A stretch of 64,000 bases of DNA from positions 288,001 through 352,000 of the forward strand of contig JBHLOY010000002.1 of the NCBI GenBank assembly GCA_048939995.1, written 5' to 3'. Numbering within the stretch: position 1 is the stretch's first letter; the number at the start of each line of letters is the position of its first letter. This DNA comes from Promethearchaeota archaeon. GTDB taxonomy: Archaea > Asgardarchaeota > Lokiarchaeia > Sigyniarchaeales > SOKP01. Position numbers and translations under genes: made by a program. This document shows positions 30,868 to 40,023 of the stretch, in pieces. The notes beneath the pieces were generated by a model that saw only the letters and a program-made list of their open reading frames with translations, searched no databases and had not been told where the DNA came from.

Positions 30868-33684
30868 TTAAAGTACTGGTAAAGAAAAGTAGAAGGTGCT
30901 TCCTCTATTCCTTCCTTCAGATTCTACCCAAATTTTCCCACCATGTAATTCCACAATCTCTTTTGAAATGTAAAGACCTAACCCTGTTCCTTCGATTCCT
31001 ACATCCCATCCTTGACCGTATCGTTCAATTTTTCCAAATTGTTTAAATAGCTGCTTTTTTTCGGTTTCGGTTATGCCTATTCCATCATCTTTTATAGAAA
31101 TAATATAAAAATTGCTTTTTTTCGCAGTTTTAATTTCAATATTTCCATTTAAAGGTGTATATTTGATTGCGTTTATTAATAAGTTCGATACAACTTCATA
31201 AATCCGTTCTTTATCAAAAAAGGTGCTTAAATTTTTATTAATTTTCATTTCAATTTTCTGTTTTCTTAATTCTGCTGTTCCTTGTAATTGTTCTACACAA
31301 TACTTAATAAGGGTTGATAAATCCTCCTTAGATTTATTTAACTTCAATAATCCTTGGTCTAATTGTGAACTTTCTACAATAGAATTTATATAATTTTCGA
31401 GGCGTTTACTCCCTTCCTTGATCTCCTCCAAAATTGAAATAACTTCTCCATCTAATTTACTTTTATGAAGATTTAACAGTAGTTCAGTAAAGCCTTTAAT
31501 AGAAATAAGAGGAGTTTTTAATTCATGAGATGTTCTAGATAATAAATCTGTTTTTAACTTGTTGATCTCGCTTAACATTTTGTTTTGTTCTTCTAAATGC
31601 TGTTGTACTTCCCATCTTCTCTTTTCAATTTCAATTGCATCGCTAATTAAAAATAGAACTAACTTATCTTGATTGGTGAGTATGGGATTTGTCTTGTAAA
31701 GCACACATAATGCATCATTAAATTCTTCTCCCGATTTAATTAACTTACTATAACTTGCTTTGATTTTGTTTTTCTTAATTATTTCATCAGTTTTTGCATA
31801 GTCAGTTTCATCGATACTATAAGAGGTTTGAGGAAAATCATGACGCTCTCTGAATAACTCAAAAATAAATGGGTCGTTTCTTAATCCCTTATTAGAGTAA
31901 TTAAATATTTCTCCTTTAGATGATAATACTTTGTATTGAACTTCTTCTTCACTTCTAGTTCTATTAATGTAAAGAGCTAATGTACCATTTATTAATTTAT
32001 TGCAAGTTTTAAGTAATGAGACAATGTTGTTTTGAATATCTGCAGAAAAACTAAGGAAATCAATATTTAGTTCATAAATAAGTTTTTCATACATTTTTTT
32101 TTCGCTTACGTCCTCTAACCACATTCTAAAGCTTATTAATTTGCCTTTGTCATCAAATTGATTTGTTCGTTTACCCTGCAGCCATTTAATTTTCTCGTCT
32201 TTAGAAAATATTCGAAATTCTAAGTCTTTTTCCTTAGTTGCTTTAAATATTTTCTCAATATCATCAGGATGTATTATTTTATCCAATAAATCTCGATTTA
32301 CGGCTTCTATATTTTTATACCCTATAATTTCTAATAATTTTGGATTAATATAAGTGAGACTTCTGTTTATCAAGTCAATTTCTAAAATTCCAACTGTTGA
32401 TGTTTCTAATAAATCACGATATTTAGCTTCAGTTTCTTTCTTATCCGTAATATCTTGTACTATTGCCTGAAAGTATGTTCTATCTGACAACTTAATTAGT
32501 GTCAACTCTGTATTTACCCAAGCAATCGTTCCATTTTTTCTATATACTTGGAATTCAGTTGATTCGATTATTTCTCCTTTATATAATTTAAGGAGCTTTT
32601 TATTTAAAATAGAATAAATTTCTATCGGAGCTAGAGGTAGTTCTTCATAAGATCTCCCGATAAAATCATCTTTGCTGTATCCAAATAGTTTTTCTGTAGT
32701 TGAATTATAGTCAACTATTATTCCTTGCCTATCAAAAAGAAGGATTGAATAAGGTGAACTTTCAATTAAATGACGATACTTTTCTTCTGATTCCTTTAAA
32801 TTTTGTTCTGCCAAGATCCTTTCCGTAACATCCTCAAATGATACTAATACTCCCACGACCTTTCCTTCAGAGTCATATAAAGGAATTCTATTTATATCAA
32901 ACCATACTTCATTTCCATTGTTTAAAATCCAAGAATCGATAATATGTAATTCGGGTTTTCCTGATTTTATCACTCCTTTTTCACTTTGCTGGAAGCTATC
33001 TATGTCTCTCTGAGTCCAAGGGAGATCCTCATCCTTTTTATTGATTATGTTTTCGGGATGATCTATTCCAATTAGTTTTGCGTAATTATCATTACACCCT
33101 TGATAATTTAATTCTATATCTTTCCAAAAAATATATTGCGGAATATTCTCCATGACCATCTCTAACATTTCATACGAACTCTGTAGTGCTTCTTCATATT
33201 TTTTTGGATTAAATAGCTTCCAAAATCGAATTTCAGGAATAGTTTCAGTTATTTTTTTAAATCGTTCTTCATTAAGTCTTAATTGTTCCTCTAAATTTTT
33301 CCGTCTTGAAATGTCTTTTATAATAACAAAATATTTCTTAGATCCGTTCTCTAGCTTAAACTTTTTTGACTTTAATTCAACCCAAATTAATTCTCCTTTA
33401 GAGTTTTTGAGCCTAAGTTCTTGAATTCTGTCAGGAAGTTCTGCTCCTTTCTTTAGAACTTTTATAGCCTTTTTTATGTCCTCTGGAGCAATTATACTTA
33501 AAAATGGTTCACCTATTAAGTCCACAGAGGAATATCCTAACTTATATAAAAAAGAACATTTATTAACATATTCTAATCTTAATTCATCTGATGTTTCAAT
33601 TATGAATATTAAATCATCTACAGTATCCATGAAAAGTTGGAGTTGTGTTTCAAGATTTTCATAATCTTTCTCGTCAGTAATCAT
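30868..33684 (-). CDS. Cytoplasmic multi-PAS/GAF sensor histidine kinase
   Basis: Four PAS/PAC repeats (DISRRK, DVTER, DITDKK, DVSEKK), SHELKTPL, NLLINAIKY, DDGIG, GTGLGL, HGGKIWVES. Confidence 0.93.
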   Translation of the reverse strand: MITDEKDYENLETQLQLFMDTVDDLIFIIETSDELRLEYVNKCSFLYKLGYSSVDLIGEPFLSIIAPEDIKKAIKVLKKGAELPDRIQELRLKNSKGELIWVELKSKKFKLENGSKKYFVIIKDISRRKNLEEQLRLNEERFKKITETIPEIRFWKLFNPKKYEEALQSSYEMLEMVMENIPQYIFWKDIELNYQGCNDNYAKLIGIDHPENIINKKDEDLPWTQRDIDSFQQSEKGVIKSGKPELHIIDSWILNNGNEVWFDINRIPLYDSEGKVVGVLVSFEDVTERILAEQNLKESEEKYRHLIESSPYSILLFDRQGIIVDYNSTTEKLFGYSKDDFIGRSYEELPLAPIEIYSILNKKLLKLYKGEIIESTEFQVYRKNGTIAWVNTELTLIKLSDRTYFQAIVQDITDKKETEAKYRDLLETSTVGILEIDLINRSLTYINPKLLEIIGYKNIEAVNRDLLDKIIHPDDIEKIFKATKEKDLEFRIFSKDEKIKWLQGKRTNQFDDKGKLISFRMWLEDVSEKKMYEKLIYELNIDFLSFSADIQNNIVSLLKTCNKLINGTLALYINRTRSEEEVQYKVLSSKGEIFNYSNKGLRNDPFIFELFRERHDFPQTSYSIDETDYAKTDEIIKKNKIKASYSKLIKSGEEFNDALCVLYKTNPILTNQDKLVLFLISDAIEIEKRRWEVQQHLEEQNKMLSEINKLKTDLLSRTSHELKTPLISIKGFTELLLNLHKSKLDGEVISILEEIKEGSKRLENYINSIVESSQLDQGLLKLNKSKEDLSTLIKYCVEQLQGTAELRKQKIEMKINKNLSTFFDKERIYEVVSNLLINAIKYTPLNGNIEIKTAKKSNFYIISIKDDGIGITETEKKQLFKQFGKIERYGQGWDVGIEGTGLGLYISKEIVELHGGKIWVESEGRNRGSTFYFSLPVL

Positions 33685-33915
33685 TGGGAATACCTTAGGG
33701 AATTCTTTTCTAATATTCTCCTGTAAAATGATATTTTAATCCTCTATAACTGAAGAAAAGTCACTTGTATTTATATATTAGTATATACTTTTGATTTTTT
33801 GTAATTGTTATACGTTCAAAGATATTGATTGAATCTTGAAACCCATATGATTATGGTGCAGAATTTAACATTTAATGTAAATACTAGCTACTAAAACTAA
33901 AAAATAGAATTAATT

Positions 33916-35787
33916 TCATTTATATTCTTGATCAATATTTATCCATTCAATATCAAGCTCATTGAGTTTAATTTTAGTAGGAATCCCATCAGTATTCCAA
34001 CCCATTATATTATAATAAATATCCCTAGCTTCATCAAACTTTGTTGCATCAATTGAAATTCTTTCCAATGCTCCTGAGGTGTGTGGTTCAAAGAAACGAG
34101 CAGGAAGCCAATCATCTTCCTTATTAAAACCTTCTCTAATATTGAACATTCTCTCCATATTATTTACCCTCTCACCAAACTTCATTAGTTCCCAAGTAGA
34201 TGCATCCCAACCTGTGACCGCTTTTAATAATTCAGTTTCTTGGTTTATGCTAAATGGCATGAAAAAACAAAATACTAAACTATTTTCCACAGCTCTCCAA
34301 TTAGTTAAGTAAATAAGAGATTTTATCTTTTTTACACTTAAATCCTTAAGAGGAAGTGCATCAAAAATACTTAAAGTTGCAAAACCTTGCATTCTATCTT
34401 GATTAGTTAACCCATCATCATGAAAATTTTTCATATGCTCCGCTCCCGTTGAAGACAAGGCATATCCTATTCCTAAACCATGTTTTAAACGAGGTTCATG
34501 CATTGGTATTTCTTGACCTTTAACATGAATTGCAAATTTATGAGCTTCCTTACCTATTTTTTCTGCAGCTCTCTTTACACCCTCCGCTAATAAATCGCCT
34601 ATTCCCTCACGATTTCCCATCATTTCTAACATCTTTAGCATACTCTGAGAGTCTCCAAAGTTTAATTTCAATCCATTTGTATCTTTTTCAGTTATTATTC
34701 CATTTTCATAACACTCCATCGCAAAACCTATCGTGACACCTGCTGAGATTGTATCCAATGAATATTTATTGCATAATTCATTTGCTTTACAAACCACTAT
34801 TGGATCACTTATACCACAATTTGAACCGAAAGCCGCAAGGGTTTCATATTCAGGTCCCCCGTATTTAGGGTCTAGGTAATTTGATTCATTAATAGACACC
34901 ACTTTTTTACATCTAATAGGACAAGCATAACAAGTTTCTCTTTTTAAATTAATATTTTCACTAAAAATAGCAGGATCTAACTTTTTTGCATTCTTAAATC
35001 CTCCATCTCTAAAATTTCGAGTAGGGAGGTTTCCTGATAAGGCAAATTCTTCCATTCGATTTCCTCCAGTACCAAAAGCAAAATAACGGCTATAGCCTTT
35101 AAAAATTTCATAAGTGTCTTTTAGAATTTGTTTAATTTTATCTTTATTTTCAACTTTTGGCTTAATATTACCTCTAATAGCTATTGCCTTCAAATTTTTG
35201 GACCCCATCACTGCTCCCATTCCACTACGGCCCGCAGCGCTTCTATAGTCGTTTATAACACATGCAAATCGAGTTAAATTTTCACCCGATTTACCAATAC
35301 AGGCTACACGAGCAAAATTGTCATTAACTTCTTTGAGGATTAATTTATGAGTATCTCCAGTAGTCTTACCCCATAAGTGCTTAGCATCTTTTATTTGAAC
35401 CTTATCATTGTGAATCCATAGATAGATTGGACTATTCGCTTTACCTTCAACAATTATTGCATCATAATCCGCGTGTTTTAATTCAGCGCCCCAATATCCT
35501 CCGACTTCAGATACTCCAAAGCCTCCTGTTAAAGGGGATTTAGCCCCAATACTATTTCGTCCTGTTCCTGGAATATTGGTTCCCGTTAATGGTCCTGTGG
35601 CAAAAATTAGCTTATTTTTATCACCTAATGGATTTAATCCCTTTGGGGTTTCTTTAAGAAGAAAATATGCCACAAACCCCTCTCCTCCGAGATATTTTCT
35701 ATAAAAGGATTCCTCTGGATGTTGAACTTTAATTTTGCTAGTTGAAAGGTTGATTCTTAATATATTACCACTATATCCAAATTCCAT
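33916..35787 (-). CDS. aor: Tungsten/molybdenum aldehyde:ferredoxin oxidoreductase
   Basis: KSPLTGG, AAGRSGMGAVMGSKNLKAI, CYACPIRC, GPEYET, DTISAG, ERMFNIREG. Confidence 0.93.
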   Translation of the reverse strand: MEFGYSGNILRINLSTSKIKVQHPEESFYRKYLGGEGFVAYFLLKETPKGLNPLGDKNKLIFATGPLTGTNIPGTGRNSIGAKSPLTGGFGVSEVGGYWGAELKHADYDAIIVEGKANSPIYLWIHNDKVQIKDAKHLWGKTTGDTHKLILKEVNDNFARVACIGKSGENLTRFACVINDYRSAAGRSGMGAVMGSKNLKAIAIRGNIKPKVENKDKIKQILKDTYEIFKGYSRYFAFGTGGNRMEEFALSGNLPTRNFRDGGFKNAKKLDPAIFSENINLKRETCYACPIRCKKVVSINESNYLDPKYGGPEYETLAAFGSNCGISDPIVVCKANELCNKYSLDTISAGVTIGFAMECYENGIITEKDTNGLKLNFGDSQSMLKMLEMMGNREGIGDLLAEGVKRAAEKIGKEAHKFAIHVKGQEIPMHEPRLKHGLGIGYALSSTGAEHMKNFHDDGLTNQDRMQGFATLSIFDALPLKDLSVKKIKSLIYLTNWRAVENSLVFCFFMPFSINQETELLKAVTGWDASTWELMKFGERVNNMERMFNIREGFNKEDDWLPARFFEPHTSGALERISIDATKFDEARDIYYNIMGWNTDGIPTKIKLNELDIEWINIDQEYK

Positions 35788-35898
35788 TTTATCCTCAGTT
35801 ATTCGTATCTTTTATATTAGTTTTTATTATATTTTAATTCAAAATAAAGTTTTTAAAAATGAAGTTCATATATACTTCGAAGAAAATTCGAAATTAAT

Positions 35899-37068
35899 CT
35901 AGATTCCATGGCTTTCAAGAACATTAATAACCCTATTTATATCCTCCTCGTTATTATAGTAATGAAATGCGAACCTAAGTAATGTTTGTTCATGAAAATC
36001 AGGGTATCGTTTCAAGGTAACATAAATCTTATTTTTCAGTAAAGTATTGTAAATTTTTTCTGCTTTCTGATGTTCAATAGTAATGATTCCTGATCTAAAT
36101 TCCGGTTCTAATGGTGTTATTATCTTAAAATTATATGATTTTATTTTATTAATGAAAATATTTGTCAGATATATAATTCTTTCTTGTATTCTTTTAATGC
36201 CATCACTTATTTTTCCTCTTCCTATTTGAGTTTTTATTAAATTTAGGGTCCCACTAAAAGATAAAAGAGCTGGAAAGTTAGCACACCCTCCAAAACCGTC
36301 CATATATTTTACTTTGTTAATTACTTCAACATTTTCATTATTTAAATAAAAAGGATTAGCAACACTTAACCAGCTTGAAAAAGGGATCTCTTTTTTATTT
36401 AATAGTTCTTGATTCATGTAGAGAATTCCCACACCATATCCACATGCACCCCACTTTAATGGATTTGCTACAAGAATATCTAGATTATGGTTTTTAGTAT
36501 CAATATCAAATGAACAAAATGATTGAGTTGCATTAATGATGCTAAGTAAATTATGTTCTCTACAGAATACACCCAATTTCTCAAGATTTTGTCTAAAACC
36601 CGTAAGTGATTGTACATGACTATGTATTATATATTTAGTTTCATCTGAAATATTCTGCTTGAAATTATCAATTAAATAAGAATGACTTGTATCTTCCACT
36701 CTCTTACTTGAAAACTTTAAACGTTTAAAAATATGTATGGAAGCAGGAAATTCAATTGAAGGATATAAAAATTCACCCTTTTCCAGAAATCTGGCAATAA
36801 TATTCATTCCTGAAGAAGTGTTGGTTAAAAAGGCGATCTCGTCTGGTTCAGAATTAATATATTCAGCCACATTTTTTCTAGTTTTTTCAATTTCTTCACA
36901 AAAATTCTCATAATGAATATCACCAAAATATAACATGTCTTCAAAATAAGAAATACCCTTTCTATAAGCATCCATGTTTAAAGGAGAAGCCGAACCGGCC
37001 ATAATATAAGTTAGGTTTTTTAAAATCGGAAATTGTTCATTTCGTAATTTTTCCCAATTCACACTCAT
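35899..37068 (-). CDS. Class V PLP-dependent enzyme (cysteine desulfurase-like / C-S lyase)
   Basis: FLTNTSSG, HSHVQSLTGFR, NATQS, NPLKW (PLP Lys), RFAFHYYN. No catalytic Cys loop is evident. Confidence 0.82.
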   Translation of the reverse strand: MSVNWEKLRNEQFPILKNLTYIMAGSASPLNMDAYRKGISYFEDMLYFGDIHYENFCEEIEKTRKNVAEYINSEPDEIAFLTNTSSGMNIIARFLEKGEFLYPSIEFPASIHIFKRLKFSSKRVEDTSHSYLIDNFKQNISDETKYIIHSHVQSLTGFRQNLEKLGVFCREHNLLSIINATQSFCSFDIDTKNHNLDILVANPLKWGACGYGVGILYMNQELLNKKEIPFSSWLSVANPFYLNNENVEVINKVKYMDGFGGCANFPALLSFSGTLNLIKTQIGRGKISDGIKRIQERIIYLTNIFINKIKSYNFKIITPLEPEFRSGIITIEHQKAEKIYNTLLKNKIYVTLKRYPDFHEQTLLRFAFHYYNNEEDINRVINVLESHGI

Positions 37069-37234
37069 ATTCTTCCTTAATTTATTTTCATTTAAAATTC
37101 ATATCAATTTTGAGGATTATTCATTCTAAAGAAGAAACAATTAAAATTTTATTATTTATAAACACAAGTTATTTGTTTCTATAAGAGTTATTTCTTCTAT
37201 TATATTCTTCTTAAACAGTATATTGTGAAGTACA

Positions 37235-38080
37235 ATGAAGATGGAAGAATTTATTAGATGTTTAAATTGTGGAAAAAAATTAGGATCTAAATCTGGGAAA
37301 ATTCATAATCAATGTACAGAATGCATGTTAAGATTAGATTTCAGATCAGAAGATATAAATCATAAAGATATAGATGAAAATCTGCAAAAAATTTTGGATT
37401 TCTTTATTTCCGATGTAAATGCCGCCTTTAATAAGGATCCTGCAGCTAATACATTACTAGAAGTATTAACAAGCTATCCTGGAATCAAGGCCATTTTATT
37501 GCATCGCATAGCGCATTTTTTCTGGAAAATTAAAATGCCTTTTGTACCAAGATATATTTCGGAAATTTCTCGAGATCTTAGTGGAATCGAAATTCACCCA
37601 GGAGCAGAAATCGGAAGTGATTTCTTTATAGACCATGGGGGGAGTGTAGTCATCGGAGAGACTTCTGTAATTGGCGATAATGTTACAATTTACGCAGGTG
37701 TAGTCTTAGGGGGTACTAACTTAGAGAAAACTAAACGACATCCGTCCATAGGCGATAATGTAGTTATAGGGTCAGGAGCAAAAATTTTAGGTCCTATTAA
37801 TATAGGAAATAATGTTAGAATAGGAGCAAATTCAGTTGTTGTAGAAGATGTTCCACCAAATTGCGTAGTAGTTGGAGTACCCGGTAAAATTGTCTCAAAA
37901 AAAGGCGAAAAAATTGAAAAAATAGATTTAAGACATGGAGATTTACCCGATCCCATTTCTATTGCACTCTCGAGTTTGGAAAAAAGAATTAAGCAATTAG
38001 AGGGTAAACTTTCTATAAGCCCCGACCATAAGAAGGAAGATATAGAAATTTTTTACGGAAATTATGGTGGAGGAATTTAG
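37235..38080 (+). CDS. cysE: Serine O-acetyltransferase with an N-terminal Zn-ribbon
   Basis: DPAA, YPGIKA..HRIAH, GIEIHPGAEIG..FFIDHG, KRHPSIGD, VGVPG. Confidence 0.93.
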   Translation: MKMEEFIRCLNCGKKLGSKSGKIHNQCTECMLRLDFRSEDINHKDIDENLQKILDFFISDVNAAFNKDPAANTLLEVLTSYPGIKAILLHRIAHFFWKIKMPFVPRYISEISRDLSGIEIHPGAEIGSDFFIDHGGSVVIGETSVIGDNVTIYAGVVLGGTNLEKTKRHPSIGDNVVIGSGAKILGPINIGNNVRIGANSVVVEDVPPNCVVVGVPGKIVSKKGEKIEKIDLRHGDLPDPISIALSSLEKRIKQLEGKLSISPDHKKEDIEIFYGNYGGGI

Positions 38081-38097
38081 TATTCACATATTAAAAG

Positions 38098-39042
38098 GTG
38101 ATTAAAATAGGTAGAATATATCAAAATATAATTGAAACTATAGGAAATACACCACTAGTTAAATTAAACAAAATAGTTGAAGAAATATCTCCCAAACCAA
38201 ATATTTATGCTAAATTAGAATATTTTAATCCGGGAGGTAGTGTTAAGGATAGGATCGGAATGGCCATGATTGAAACTGCTGAGGATAATGATTTAATTAA
38301 TAAAGATAATATAATTGTAGAGCCTACGTCTGGAAACACTGGTATTGGGTTAGCATTAATCTGTGCTGCTAAAGGATATAAATTAATTTTAACTATGCCA
38401 GAGAGTGTCTCAATCGAACGAAGGAAGATCTTAAAAGCCTACGGAGCACAAGTAATTTTGACTTCCAAAGAAAGCGGAATGAAAGGAGCTATATTAAAAG
38501 CCGAAGAACTTGCAAAAGAAAAAGACATGGTTTTTATACCTCAGCAATTTAAAAATTTAGCAAATCCAGAAATTCATAGAAGAACCACAGCAAAAGAAAT
38601 TTTTAATGATTTGGATGGAAGAGTTGATGCATTTGTAGCGGGGGTAGGTACTGGAGGAACTATTACCGGAGTAGGTGAAATTCTTAAAAAAACAGTAGGA
38701 GCTCGTCTAAAGGTATATGCTGTTGAACCCAAAGATTCTCCTGTTTTATCCGGAGGATCTCCAGGACCACATAAAATCCAAGGAATTGGAGCCGGGTTTG
38801 TTCCAGAAGTATTAAATACACAAATTTATGATAGAATAATACAAGTTGAATATGAAGATGCAATAATAACAGCTAGAAAATTAGCTAAATTGGAAGGAAT
38901 ATTCGCTGGAATAAGTTCAGGAGCAATCGCCTGGGCAGCAATCTACGATATATCTAAAGAGTTTAGTGTAGGAGAAAATGTTGTTTTTGTAGTTTGTGAT
39001 ACTGGAGAACGCTATTTATCTACTGAATTATATGATATCTAA
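38098..39042 (+). CDS. cysK: Cysteine synthase A (O-acetylserine sulfhydrylase)
   Basis: KLEYFNPGGSVKDRI, EPTSGNTGIGLA, GVGTGGT, HKIQGIGAGF, DTGERYLST. Confidence 0.96.
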   Translation: MIKIGRIYQNIIETIGNTPLVKLNKIVEEISPKPNIYAKLEYFNPGGSVKDRIGMAMIETAEDNDLINKDNIIVEPTSGNTGIGLALICAAKGYKLILTMPESVSIERRKILKAYGAQVILTSKESGMKGAILKAEELAKEKDMVFIPQQFKNLANPEIHRRTTAKEIFNDLDGRVDAFVAGVGTGGTITGVGEILKKTVGARLKVYAVEPKDSPVLSGGSPGPHKIQGIGAGFVPEVLNTQIYDRIIQVEYEDAIITARKLAKLEGIFAGISSGAIAWAAIYDISKEFSVGENVVFVVCDTGERYLSTELYDI

Positions 39043-39047
39043 TTGAA

Positions 39048-39947
39048 TCAGGTACTTAGAGGGAGTACACTTGTTGTTAGAATCTCAGTAACTTTTTTCC
39101 AAAGTTCCTTAAAGTCAGGTTTCTTTTTGCCATTTATCCTTCTTGAAATTTCATGGAATAATGCTTTTATCTTTAAAGAATGAAAATAACTAATATTTGG
39201 CGCAATTATGGCTAGCATATATTGTTTTTGACCAAATCTTTCATTTTCTGCTGGAAAAGAATCAAAGTAAGCATAACCAGACATTTTAATATTCTCAAGA
39301 TTTAAAAGTATTCCTTCAGCATTAGTTATTTTACCATGTCCATATATAAATAATGTTGCTTGAAAAAGCTGAGTTCCAACGTCTTCGATAGATACGGGGA
39401 GATTAATAGTTGAGGGATAATGATCATCTAGTTTTGGACCATATTTATCATCCCAGAACATTGAGAGTAAAAATATCTTCTCTTGGTCCTCCATTGAAAT
39501 TGAAGGTTGAACATTTATATCTAGAGAAGACAAGACTGCTTCCATCTTTTCTTTAATAACCTGTCTTTTTTTATTCCTAGTAATCTTACCAGAAATAACA
39601 GCTAATAAATCATCTTCATTAAAAGGTTTTGTTAAATAATCATCTATCCCCAATAATTTACCAAAACGAATATCTTCTGGAGATGATTTTGCTGTAAGGA
39701 ATATGAAAGGAATATGATTCAGAGCTGGATTTTTAGAAATTTCAGTAAAGAATTCATATCCATCTACTTCGGGCATCATAATATCACTAATAATAACCTC
39801 GGGGAGAATATCTGATTGCGAAATGAGATCAAGGGCTTCCTTTCCATTTTTTGCAGATAAAACTCGATATTTATTTGCCTCTAAATTCAATTTAATTGCA
39901 TAAAGGAGATCCACATTATCCTCTACAATCATAATTAGAGGTTTCAT
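39048..39947 (-). CDS. Response regulator: REC domain plus C-terminal longin/uDENN-like domain
   Basis: REC motifs IVED, SD55IMMP, FLTA and K107PF. C-terminus has FLLSMFWDDKYGPKLDDHYP (longin/uDENN F/W-D-x-x-x-G-P...YP start) and ENERFGQKQYMLAIIA. Confidence 0.85.
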   Translation of the reverse strand: MKPLIMIVEDNVDLLYAIKLNLEANKYRVLSAKNGKEALDLISQSDILPEVIISDIMMPEVDGYEFFTEISKNPALNHIPFIFLTAKSSPEDIRFGKLLGIDDYLTKPFNEDDLLAVISGKITRNKKRQVIKEKMEAVLSSLDINVQPSISMEDQEKIFLLSMFWDDKYGPKLDDHYPSTINLPVSIEDVGTQLFQATLFIYGHGKITNAEGILLNLENIKMSGYAYFDSFPAENERFGQKQYMLAIIAPNISYFHSLKIKALFHEISRRINGKKKPDFKELWKKVTEILTTSVLPLST

Positions 39948-40023
39948 TGTTATGCCCTTTAATAAAATAGATGTCTTTATTTTTATATTTATTGAATGAT
40001 TATTTAAAAGTTATCAATTTTTA

